Below the pieces are notes generated by a model. The model made no database searches. It was not told the origin of the DNA and saw nothing but the letters and a program-made list of their open reading frames with translations. A program made the translations under genes and the position numbers. Positions 1 to 11,195 of a DNA stretch of 64,000 nt are shown one piece after another; position 1 is the stretch's first letter; each line of letters starts with the position of its first letter. Source of the stretch: Batkoa obscura (taxonomy: Eukaryota); assembly GCA_030770535.1 (NCBI GenBank), contig JASVEC010000002.1, positions 310,001-374,000 of the forward strand, read 5' to 3'.

Positions 1-300
1 CGATATTTCACAATAATAATAATTCATTAATTGAAGATACTGTAAGAGGAATTGGAGGCGCAATTTTAATAACATAGGTTATACTTTTTATGGATTATAA
101 ATACAACTTAAAGAAAGAAAGGCTTTCTAGTTTTATCACTGAGCCTATTTTTATTAAACTAATAGACCCATTAGATCCTTATATTGATTAGTATAATACC
201 AATATATTCAACTATTTACAAAAAACTGGTGGTTTTGTTCCCATAATACCTATAGAAGCCCATATCAAACTTTCAAAACCCATGGTTGAAGATAAACAAA
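1..300 (+). pseudogene. 3' part of Kelch-like single-pass membrane protein pseudogene (copy P1)
   Basis: Translates with stops to ..VRGIGGAILIT*..KKRKASSFITEPIFIKLIDPLD..YNTNIF, matching the TM and tail of the intact gene at 2621-4051. Confidence 0.8.
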
Positions 301-1007
301 AGTCAGCTTAATGATTTCAGTAGTGTCAAAATATGATGCCAATAATTGATTTATTTTGAAATACACTTTATAAATCAGAGCTTGATGAGTTATAATCTTT
401 TGTTTATTACATTCTTTATTATTAAAAAAACCAAATGCCACAAATTTCATAAACACTCTGTAGGCTCTAATCAGAGCTTTAGTTTTTGAAATAAATACTT
501 TTTAATGTTTGAGAACTGTTTTTATAAACACGTCCTTATACATATTTTTTATTAGTATTATATTTTGTAAGCTTGATACTATGGTACTAAGGCTAGATAA
601 TAATAGTTATATCATAGTGAAAGATGAATTAAACTATTTTAGGTCAATGTCTTACATGCCAAATGTAAACTTATCTAAAGAAAATAAGCGATTGTTTAAG
701 TTAGATTTAAAAAAGGGAATAAAGTTGATTGTTGATACTCTTGAATGGAAGTAATACAATATGAAAAACCCTCTTGATTTTTGTGACCCATATACCAATC
801 TTTTTTAATTGGAAATGATCCAACAATTTATTCTATTGATATAGCCCAGAGCCAATATTAGTTTATAGCTGTTTTGACATTGAAAAGAAAGGATGGTACG
901 ATATCTATTTTGCCAATGAACTCTATCATGAATACGAAATCTCTAATTCTAAAAGAGAACAGGTTCATTACGGTACATACCCTAATTTTATATTGTTACG
1001 GTAATCT

Positions 1008-1053
1008 ATTTATTAACTTTATTAACTTTATTAACTTTATTAACTTTATTAAC
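1008..1053. repeat. 9-bp tandem repeat (TTTATTAAC) x~5
   Basis: Directly visible. Confidence 0.9.
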
Positions 1054-1147
1054 AATATTAATATTATCTAATATTGAAAATGAAGAATTAAAAACATTTT
1101 ATGAACCAAATGAAAATAGCTCTATATATTAACTATTTCTTAATGAT

Positions 1148-1636
1148 TACTGACTGGTAAATGGAAATCCAGAAATCTTCAGTCTTTACTACATGATAAA
1201 ATTTACCTTTACGATTGACTTAAAATTAAGTGAGAACCTGCAGCAAATCAAGTGAATTTAATTAATCATTACAATGAAGTTAAAATTCAATCAACTAGAG
1301 CACAACAAAAAGAAACCATCAAGGGACTCATCAAGGTGATCCAGGAGAAAATAACTGTGAACATTAGGTTTAGTACTCTTTATAGCCTATAATTAGGTGC
1401 CACATGGCACTCCGAATGTATATAAATCTGACTCAGTTAACCAAATAAATATCAAACAATTATAAATAAAACTCACTTAGTATTCTTACTTTTGTTATTT
1501 TTAAACTTATCTTATTGACTATTAAATACTACCACAAGGTAATTGAATTTATGTTACCAAAGGATAAGAGGCAGCATCTAGAACGGAAGACTTCAGAAAA
1601 ACTAAGCCATTCCAGTGATGAAACTCAAAAACAACA
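1148..1636 (+). mobile_element. Probable solo LTR (~489 bp)
   Basis: Interrupts the P2 frame (LFLND | NKTYYF). Ends are TACTG...CAACA (degenerate TGTTG...CAACA). Flanks ATGAT/CTGAT form a near-perfect 5-bp duplication. Internal TATATAAA is followed by AATAAA. Confidence 0.6.
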
Positions 1637-2620
1637 CTGATAACAAAACATACTATTTTGAAATTTCAAGCGATATTTCAAAACCAGTTAGTGATATTAA
1701 ATTAGCATGTTGATTAGATTTAATATCACATAAATTAGAAGAACGCAATATTAACTTTATGAGGTATTTAGAACTACCAATAATAAAGTCCAATCATTTT
1801 GGGTATTTTTCTTTTGATAATGATAATAGCATTCAAACTAAAATCCATGAGTTTTTATTTCGATCATTAGGCTTTAAGCCATCTAATAAAACAATCTGGT
1901 TCAATAGTAAGTGATGCTTTGCTACTTATAAGAATTATTTAACAAACTCTTTTAATTTTTTTAACTGATCTCAACTTGAGTATAGTAGTATGAAAAATAG
2001 TTCTAATTACATAAAGATCTTATTAAAAATTTAAATAGAGTTTAAATGTACAATTTAACTAATTGATAGCAAGTAGATGATATATTTTTAATGAGTAAGA
2101 ATAGTTCTATAAACGACATAATTGATGAAAATATTGGCTCATTAATTGGAGATAGTATAATTAGAATAGTAGTGTTACTATAGTAACAGTAGTTATTGTA
2201 TCAGTTAATTATAAACATAAGTTAAAGAAAAAAAGATCTCCAAGTTTTATTATTAAATCTACTTATATAGAATCAATTAATCTATTGGATACCAATAATT
2301 ATTATAATAGTACTGAAATTTTTGATCATTCAAGAGATTAGCAATGTTATTACCATACTATCGATAGAAACACACGATAAGAATCTATGAAATGTAAGGA
2401 TAAAAAGAAAGTAAATTTATCATTCAAACTATAATAATTGATTGCCAAACAGCAATTACACTAAATAACTTTTAATCTATTTTTAAATTGGCCTAAAATA
2501 TATGATAAAATATGTTGCAATAGTATTTCAAATATTTAATTGCTAAAAATATTCTGCGGATTCTAATTGGATTTTACATTTCCCAAAACAAAAACAGTTA
2601 TTAAGATAGTTTTTTTAACC

Positions 2621-4051
2621 ATGTCTTTGTTTTTGTTTTTTGTTAGTCTTTTGTTTTATAGAACTAATGGAATAGCACCAAGAGTAGATGGTGGTAAATG
2701 TATTGTGGTAGAGGATGAATTGTATTATTTAGGTGGGATGACTTATATCCCGAATATAGATGTATTAGAATATAACAAACAGTTGTTTAAGTTGAATTTA
2801 AAAGAAGGGGTAAAGCTAGCTGTTAACATCGCAGAATGGGAGGCATATAATATGACAAATTCACCGGACTTTCGGTATCCATTAACTAAGATGTTTTATA
2901 TTGGAGATAAAATATTAGTTCACTTTGATGGATACAGATCAGAACCAGCATTATCTTACAATAGCTTTAATATTGAAAACAAAGATTGGTTTGATGAATA
3001 TTATATTAATGAATTTTACCATGAATACAATATATCTATTTCTAAAAAAAAATCCATTGACTATGATCCCCACTTTAATGTGTTACAAGATGAACACAAT
3101 TTAAATAAGTTTTATATTACTAATGTATTTTATCTGCCAACTCTACCAACAAAGTTAATATCATTTGATATCAAAACTAAAGAAATGAAAACAATTCATG
3201 AATCAAATAAAGGCTATTCAATATATCAACAGTTTATTAATAATAATAAATTATACTTTTTTGAACGATCAAGAGAATCTACAAATACATTTAGTGACAT
3301 CAAGATATTAAACGAATTAGATTTATCATCACGTAAGATACAAAAACACAAAATGGACTTTTTAAAACATTTGAGATTATCAGTAATAAAATCCAATGAT
3401 TCTGCTTATTTTATTTTGAATCCTGGTGGTAATTCCACAGCTGAAATTCATAAGTTTGATTTTCAATCATCGGAGTTTAAACAAGTAAGTAAAACAGTTC
3501 TATTTAATGGTCAAGAGTGTTTTACCACTTATAAAAACTATTTGATAAGCTCCCTTGGTTATTATAAAATTAGCACGTACGCTGGTAAAAATAATATAAA
3601 TACACATCCTCATGACTATTCTTTAGAAAGTTCAAATAAAGTTCAAATTTACAATTTAACTAGTTGGGAACAAGTACAGGGCATACCTTCAAAGAAAAGC
3701 GAAGTCAATGAGATAAAAGAAACCAGCAAAAAGGATTATATAGGCGTCATAAGTGATAATGATAATACCAGCATGCTAATTAGAGGAACTTTAAGTGGAA
3801 TAGGCTTAGTAATATTAATAACAGCAGTTATAGTATTTATAGTATACAAACACAAATTAAGAAAAAATAAACCTCCAAGTTTTATTATCGATCCTATTTT
3901 TATTGAACCGATTGACCTATCAGATGTCCAAAATAATTATTATAATACAGAAATTTTTAGCCATTCACAAGAAATCGATGAAGCTATTACAATGTTGCGT
4001 ATAAAAACATATATCAAAGCTTCAGGAGCAACGGATGGAAATAAAGAATAA
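2621..4051 (+). CDS. Type I membrane protein: signal peptide, Kelch/beta-propeller-like ectodomain, one TM helix, short cytosolic tail
   Basis: The ORF track starts at a TTG; the first ATG (2621) gives signal peptide MSLFLFFVSLLFYRTNG. PRVDGGKCIVVEDELYYLGG is a Kelch-type blade. TM is GTLSGIGLVILITAVIVFIVY followed by KHKLRK. Intronless. Confidence 0.8.
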   Translation: MSLFLFFVSLLFYRTNGIAPRVDGGKCIVVEDELYYLGGMTYIPNIDVLEYNKQLFKLNLKEGVKLAVNIAEWEAYNMTNSPDFRYPLTKMFYIGDKILVHFDGYRSEPALSYNSFNIENKDWFDEYYINEFYHEYNISISKKKSIDYDPHFNVLQDEHNLNKFYITNVFYLPTLPTKLISFDIKTKEMKTIHESNKGYSIYQQFINNNKLYFFERSRESTNTFSDIKILNELDLSSRKIQKHKMDFLKHLRLSVIKSNDSAYFILNPGGNSTAEIHKFDFQSSEFKQVSKTVLFNGQECFTTYKNYLISSLGYYKISTYAGKNNINTHPHDYSLESSNKVQIYNLTSWEQVQGIPSKKSEVNEIKETSKKDYIGVISDNDNTSMLIRGTLSGIGLVILITAVIVFIVYKHKLRKNKPPSFIIDPIFIEPIDLSDVQNNYYNTEIFSHSQEIDEAITMLRIKTYIKASGATDGNKE

Positions 4052-4228
4052 GCAAGTTAATAATTTTAATGATGTTGGCATTTTTATCTCTAGCATTTCT
4101 GTTAAATTAGTTTTAATAAATTTTCAAGTTGACTTTAAATCAATGTAATAAAATAGGCTGAAATAACTCCTGAGGTACCCAATTGCTAGAAATGCTCTTT
4201 AGATTCTAATTGGCATCTTACCTTTTTC

Positions 4229-5660
4229 TATGTTTTTAATTTTGTTTTTTGCTGATCTTTTATTTTATGGAACCAATATGACAATACCGAGAGCACGGGA
4301 TACTAATTGTATTATAGTAAAAATGAACTATAATATTCACAAGAGTTTATTGATATACCGAATGTAAGTATATAAGAACACAATAAAGAATTGTTTAAGT
4401 TAGATTTAAACAAAGGAATAAAGTTAGTTATCAATACTACGGAAAGGGGAGTATGTAATACAACAAACCCGTTAGAGTCTCATAACTCAGGAAGCAAATT
4501 GTTTTCTGTTGAAAATAAAACATTATTACACTTTTCTCGATATAGTTCGAGTCCAGTGTTAGCATATAGTCGTTTTGATATTGAAAGGAAAGAATGGTAT
4601 GGTAAACGCACTACTAATGGATTTTATTATAAGTATAATATGCCAATTTCTGAAAAAAGGACTTTAAAGAGTACTAGCATGTTCAATATTTTGCAAGACG
4701 AATATAACTTAAATAAATTTCATTTTACTTGTATATGATTCATCAATTTTCTCATCAAAATTAATATCATTCAATATCGAAACTAAAGAAATGAAGGCAA
4801 TTTATGAATCAAACACAGCTTACTTTATTGACCAGCAATCCATTAATGATAATAAGCTATACTTTTATGAAAGATCAAGAAATTTTTTAGGTCTAATTAA
4901 TAATGTATAGCTGCTATTATATGAATTGAATTCAATACCATGTAAAGTGCAAATCTATAAAATTAATTTCACGGGAATCAGAATCCTTTATACAATAAAA
5001 TACAATCATTCAGCTTATATTATTATATATACCAGGAGTAGTGCTCACAGTGACGTTTACAAGTTTTAGTTTCAAGCATCAACTTTTAGACAATTAAATA
5101 GTACGATTTTCTTTAAAAAATTTGATATTTGACTACCTACAAGGATTATTCAATAAGCTCTCTGGATTACTACCTAACTAATAATCAAGGGTATGATAAC
5201 ATGATAAGTACCTTTCGTCCTAGGCACCTTTTGAAGGGTTCAAATTGAGTTTATATTTATAATTTAACTAGCTGAGAACAGTTAGATAATATGTCTTCAT
5301 TAAATAAAAATGAAGATAAAAAGATAAAAGTAAAAGATAACCCTACTCGCACTATAAATAACAATAGCAGTAACTGATCAATAGAAGATGTTACAGGAAG
5401 AATAATAGGCGTAATTCTAATAGTGTTGGTCATTATATTTATAGTATACAAGTATAAATTAAGAAGAAAAGGCCCCCAAGCTTTCTTATTGATCCAATTC
5501 ATATAAAACTAATTAATATATAAGGTACTAACAGTAACTATTATAATACTGAAACATTCAGTTATTCGCGAGAGATCAGTGATATCATTAAGATCCTACT
5601 GATAGAAATAAGTGTTGAAGTTTTAAAAGCCCTAGATGTAAATAAAGAAAAAGCAACATA
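4229..5660 (+). pseudogene. Kelch-like membrane protein pseudogene (P3), near full length
   Basis: Colinear with 2621-4051 (LFKLDLNKGIKL, FNILQDEYNLNKF, TM, PQAFLIDPI, YYNTETFSYSREI), with multiple stops and frameshifts. Confidence 0.88.
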
Positions 5661-5811
5661 ATTCAAATAACACTGCAATTTTTATTTACTATTTTTTTAA
5701 AAATATTTATTCCATCTGTTTTAAACCAATTTTTAAGCTTTCAAATAGGCTTTCAGTTAATATTAAACATGAAGATTAAACTTTTGTAATATTTAATACT
5801 AAAAAATATTT

Positions 5812-5908
5812 GGAGTTGTTTTTTATGGCTTCATTACTTTTTCTATCTTTTAAGCATTATTTGAGCGGAAAAATTGTTAGTAAAAATTTTAAATATAAAA
5901 ACACATTC
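5812..5908 (+). mobile_element. ~97-bp MITE copy 1
   Basis: Matches family core GGCTTCATTACTTTTTC..TAAGC..TATTTGAG.GGAAAAATTGTTAGTAAAA. Confidence 0.8.
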
Positions 5909-5999
5909 AAATAATTAATGTTTAACAATAGAATTTAATATAAAATAAAATTATTTTAGAAATAATGTAATATTATCTTTCTTTACTTATATAAATCAG

Positions 6000-7350
6000 A
6001 GATCAATAATAAAGTTTAGGAACCTTTCTTTTTTAAATTTAAATTCATACATTATAATACTATACTAGCTGTTATTAAAATTACTCCATCTATTCGACCT
6101 ACAATATCCTTATTAGTAAATTAGTGTTATTGCTATTTATCATTTCCATGGGATTTTCTATTACTTTTGTATTTCTGTTGTTATAATCATTTAATAGGGA
6201 TATATCATCTAATTGTTTCCAAGTATTTGATATATATAAATACTTGAGTTTTATTTGAGCTTTGATTTATCCTTATTTCAATAGTAATGGGAGTATTTTT
6301 TTTAACTTCATTATTTTTTCCGTTTTTTAAGAGCTATTTAAGTAGAAAATTAGTAAAATTCTTAAACACAAAAATATATCCTCAATATTGCTTGTTACAT
6401 TAATAAATTTATAAAGGCCAATACTATTGTAGCTAAATGAATTTATCGAATGATTTTTATAAATAGTAACACGTCCACAACTACCTGATATTACTGGTTT
6501 GTTTGTTCAAAATCAAAAGATTGAAAGGAAAACTTATAAATTTCAGCTTCAGCATCATCGCCATCTGAATTAAAATAAGCAGAATGATTCCGTTTTGGGA
6601 TTGATATATAAGGACATTCTGTAAAACCAGTTTCATATCTTTTTATTTTATATTATGTTAAATTTAATTCATACAATACTTTATCGTTGAATCCTAATCT
6701 TAAGTTACCTGACTTTTCAAAAAATACAATTTATTATTATGAAGTTATTTTATATGTGACCTTTTTTTGATTGACAAATTGTTTTCGCTTTGGTTTGAAT
6801 GTCAAATGATATCGATTTTGTTGATAAAAGTTATGACAGCTGTATTTCATTAGCAATATAGAATTTATTTAAATTCTCGTTACCTTATAAAATACCAATG
6901 TGTTAAGTGTATTATGTATCTTTTATTTCTGAGCCAGATATGTTATATTCCTGAATAAACTTTTGATGAGAGATTCGCCATACTATTCCTTCTTTTCAAT
7001 ATCAATCAAAGTTTAGGATTTCATTTAAAGTATTACTATGAAAATGCACGACTGTATCATTTGGTATATATATCATATTGGTATACGGCTCGAGGAACCT
7101 TAATGAATCATTTTGTGCGCCTCCCATTCCATAGCACTATTAAGTAACTTTACCCCTTTTTTAAAATCTAATTTAAAAGCTATTTATTTTCTTCATCTAT
7201 AACTATATTCGGTATTCAAATATAACCACCTAAATAATACAATTTGTCTTCCACTACCGATGCGTCCACCAACAAATAATCTTAGAATTATCACATTAAC
7301 TCTACAGAGTAATAAATTAACAAAAAATAAAAAGTCAACACAATAAAAAT
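6000..7350 (-). pseudogene. Kelch-like membrane protein pseudogene (P4), with MITE insertion
   Basis: Reverse strand gives VVEDKLYYLGG, LDFKKGVKL..EW, ISFDIQTK and HSAYFNSDGDDAEAEIYKFSFQS, with many disablements. Confidence 0.8.
6289..6383 (+). mobile_element. MITE copy 2 (inside P4)
   Basis: Family core and degenerate termini. Confidence 0.8.
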
Positions 7351-8889
7351 AAAAAGGATTGAGATTGTCTTCTCATATAAAGTTTGGATATTTTTTAAAT
7401 GACCATGTGGCCACAGTTATCATCTTTAACAATAAAAATAGTTGCTATTTGGAGCTTGTGGAGTAGCATAGTTAAAGGGATTAAATTGGAAAGAATGGAT
7501 TAGATTTGAATTTATTTGTTTCATGAACCAGAAACATCAAATTACTCCTCTTCTACAGTCTTTGGAATTTGAACTATAAACAAAAGTAAGTTTATCACAT
7601 ATGTTTTTTAAATTATTTAAATAATCTGCTTTTAAAAGTTTATAGAAAATAATAAGTGGCAAACAAAAATATAAAATTTGTACCAATATCAAATACTATG
7701 GCAATATACAATAGTTGATATAGCAATTATAAGCCAAACATGTAAGAGTTAAACCTGTAGCTCTATTTTGGTTAAAGAACTTTGCCTTTGTTTTCTTATA
7801 ATTAGGATTTTACTTTTATTGGGCATTTGGTACTCTTTTTAAAAACCTTTAAAAAGGTCGAAATCCTCAAGTTCTTTGCTAGTAAAGAATGAACACAAGA
7901 ATTAGAAGGCAAGAAGCGGAGAACTGGGCTTCCTAGTCAGGGCTTCCTTTCCGCTGGTATTTCCAGAAAGCCTGATAAAGGAGTAAAAGAACTATTAGTG
8001 CTAAATAGTTTTACTACCCAATAGCTTTTCAGGAAAAAAAAGAAAACTGATTGCTTTAAACTAGACATATTGTTCCTCTTGGATCTTATAAAAGATTAAC
8101 TTTAATAAATTTTCTCCAAACATGTAAGCTTGTTTTTTTTTAAATTGAATCCACTGCCTTTTCCTCTAAAAATTACCTATTGAAAAATATTAATCCTACT
8201 ACAAAAGCTATTTTACATTGCATATTTCCTTTTTTTTAAACAGCTCAAAATGTAACAACCATTATCTGAATTTTAAGTAAGAAAATCTGCATGTCAACTT
8301 TGAGATAGTTTATTTTACTAAAAGAATTGTATATTACATTTGTATTCATTATAAATGCTTTTAGATATTATGGTATTTGAATTTAATAGTTAAAATTAGA
8401 TCCAGGAAAACCACTTGGAGAAAGCAAGGGTAAATTATAAAATATTATTGAAAAAACAATTGGTTATAATACATATCCTTGACTGACCTCGATTAGCTGC
8501 GCCTGGCATTTCTATCATACTTGTCCTTACACCAAACCTTTTTTATGCCTATTGACATGCACCTTATATATTAAATATCCATAATACTTCCAATTAATAT
8601 CAAATTATATCATCCAATGCCTCCTCACACTATCCTATCTTCGGATTTCTTTATACAAAATGTAAGTTCAAGTCATTAAGTACGATCTATTGAAATTAAA
8701 CCTAGTAAAACTGAATTAGAATTTTTTGGGAATTGTTTGATTTCTCTTTTTCCTTAACTTTACCATCTCTACTTGATCTGGTTATCAATCAGACTAATAT
8801 CTTTTTTTCCTCCGTTAATAAAGCATTTAGAGTTGTTCCTTCAAGTTTCTTAAGAAAATAACTGATTTACTTCTATATTACAATCATAT

Positions 8890-8980
8890 GGGTTTTTTCG
8901 GCTTCATCACTTTTCTCTTTTAGATGCTATTTGAACAGGAAAGTTGTTATTAAAATTCTTAAAAACAAAATACATTCACC
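8890..8980 (+). mobile_element. MITE copy 3 (degenerate)
   Basis: Family core recognisable. Confidence 0.75.
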
Positions 8981-10802
8981 TTATATGGCTTTCAAGTTTA
9001 TACGTGTTAATAAAATGAGTAATACTTCTTTCTTTACCAATTTTTATATTCCTATAAATTTAAATTGATAGCTTTTATTTGATAGTAACATTAAAAATAT
9101 ACTCTATTGTTTACTACTTTAAAAATCAAAATTAGTGTGTAATCTTATTACTAATATTCAATTCTTATCATTTATAAATTACTGTTTTACATATTCAAAG
9201 GAGCGTTACAATATTTTCAGAGTACTATATTAATTTTTTGAAGTTTGAAAGAATATAAACATAAATTATACACAAAACTTGTACTATAATTAACCTTTAA
9301 AGAAATTTAGTTATAATATTAAATGAGCTAAAATGTAGATAAGTAAACGCATTATAATTCTTCAATAGCATATTGAATACTTTCAAACTGGTATACAGTA
9401 TTTATTTATCGCTTTAAGTAAATAAATCTTCTTAAGCTTACAACGTTCGAATCTAATAACTGTATACAAGAAACAAATATCAATTGATTTAAATTTACAT
9501 GACATACTCATGAGATACCATTAATTATAAATCATTATTATAAAATCATAAAAATAGAAAGTATCTATCAACCGAATGAATTACTAACATGCAATGTACA
9601 TTTACATTTTTAGAAATCTGCGTTTATTCTAAATTTACAAATTAATAACAACACTACTTTTAACCTAAGTTTGAAATATTAGGTAATCTAGAATTTGATA
9701 TAAAAAAGCACAAATTATGCTAAGTGTAAACCATTTTATAGACTATTTATAGCAAAACGAATATTAACAAAACCTTTATTTGTATAAAGTGTCCAAGGAG
9801 TTAAAATATGGATCTTATTATAGAAAAAAATGGCAAATTTATTTTAGCTAGCCGCCTTTATTAAAGTCAAATTAATATAACAACAAGAATAACTTTTATT
9901 AATATCCACTTTATTAATATTTTTTATTTTTTGCTACCTTTTCAAATTTGTAAATTTACGATTTTATTCTGAGTTCTTATAATTTATTATTGTTATACTT
10001 AGATCCCCCATATTTAAAATTTAGTACCATTTCAATACAAACTAGAGTTTATCTTTGAACATCACAGAGCAATATAAATATATTTTTGTATTTAACACAC
10101 TATTTCAAGAGTTCATATCAAGAATTAAATAAAATGTATTAACAGAGAACAAAACTATCAACCTTATGATTTTAATTAATAAGCCTAATAAAATTGCTAA
10201 CCCATCGGGTAATTTAATATTGAATCTTACAAATAGCTAGTAAGAAACCTAATAGAGAGAAATAATTAGACGCGGCAGAATTAGCTGGCTAAATTACCAA
10301 AGTAAAAGCTGTGTTGGTTAAGTGAAAGTTAAAAATTTACCGCTCCAATATGAACCCAGTTTCTGTTGAGCTTAATTAACATATCAAACGATCTCTAATA
10401 CTCATTAATATCCTACCCCTCATTTTTAAGCTTTCCCATTAGATAACCAAGCATTAAATAAATATAAGATCAGGATCTTAACAAAGTTTAATGCTAAAGC
10501 TTAAAGTCAAATACAATAGATTTTATGGAGGTTTTATAGAAGGATATCAACATAAAATGGCCTCTTAAAGGTACTTTACGATAGATTATTTAATCCATCT
10601 ATTATATGTGGCAAAATGATTAAGCCATCACTATTATTCATACAAAAACCATATTAATTGCTATTGAATTTAAAAACAATACTATTAAATAAATTAATTT
10701 GAACATAGTTTAAATAAAACAAACTTTTTAAAATGAAATTTATTAAATGGAATTACATGAAAGTGGAGCGAAAAAGGGTTAAATAAATTTAGAGAAATAA
10801 AA

Positions 10803-11195
10803 CTAAAATTGAAGAATTTTGCAGCTGTTCATAGTTGACGCCCAATAATGAGATAATACTTTTTTCGAACTTGGGTTGTCGTTTTGAATGTTCATTCTAC
10901 TGGTCTCTGGTGATGATCTCTCAGAGCTAATTGAACTTACATCAGAGCTTTCGTATAAATCTTTGCTTTTAACATTCAAATGTGCCAAGTTAGCTGTAGT
11001 TGATTGTGCCTCCCTAACATCTTTAGCTCTACGATTTTGGAACCAAATTTGCACTTTTCGTTGTTCTATTCCCATCCTTAAAGCCAACTCTTTACGTACT
11101 CTTAAGCACGGCCTTGGGCTTTCTTTATATAAAGTTTCTAAAATATTGATATGACTTTTTGCTAATCTAAAACGAGATTCCTGTGTTTGCTGCAT
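10803..11195 (-). CDS. Small homeodomain transcription factor (130 aa)
   Basis: LETLYKESPRP..RKELALRMGIEQRKVQIWFQNRRAK; canonical helix-3 WFQNRR. Confidence 0.92.
   Translation of the reverse strand: MQQTQESRFRLAKSHINILETLYKESPRPCLRVRKELALRMGIEQRKVQIWFQNRRAKDVREAQSTTANLAHLNVKSKDLYESSDVSSISSERSSPETSRMNIQNDNPSSKKVLSHYWASTMNSCKILQF

Larger units (their letters stand above)
505..2420 (+). pseudogene. Kelch-like membrane protein pseudogene (P2), interrupted by a solo LTR
   Basis: LRLDNNSYIIVKDELNYF..LFKLDLKKGIKL..EW* matches the family N-terminus. Homology resumes after 1640 and reaches the tail (PSFIIKSTYIESI..YNSTEIF). Many stops and frameshifts. Confidence 0.85.

Noticed and set aside
8770..8795. 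ACTTGATCTGG resembling a TPP riboswitch core
   Set aside because: Lacks the upstream CTGAGA and downstream ATACCAGCG elements; not near a thiamine gene
10888..11154. 88-aa ORF antisense to the homeobox gene (likewise 27323, 31627, 31697, 38665, 41009, 43431, 45611, 47896, 48701)
   Set aside because: Shadow or alternative-frame ORFs of real genes, with no independent motifs
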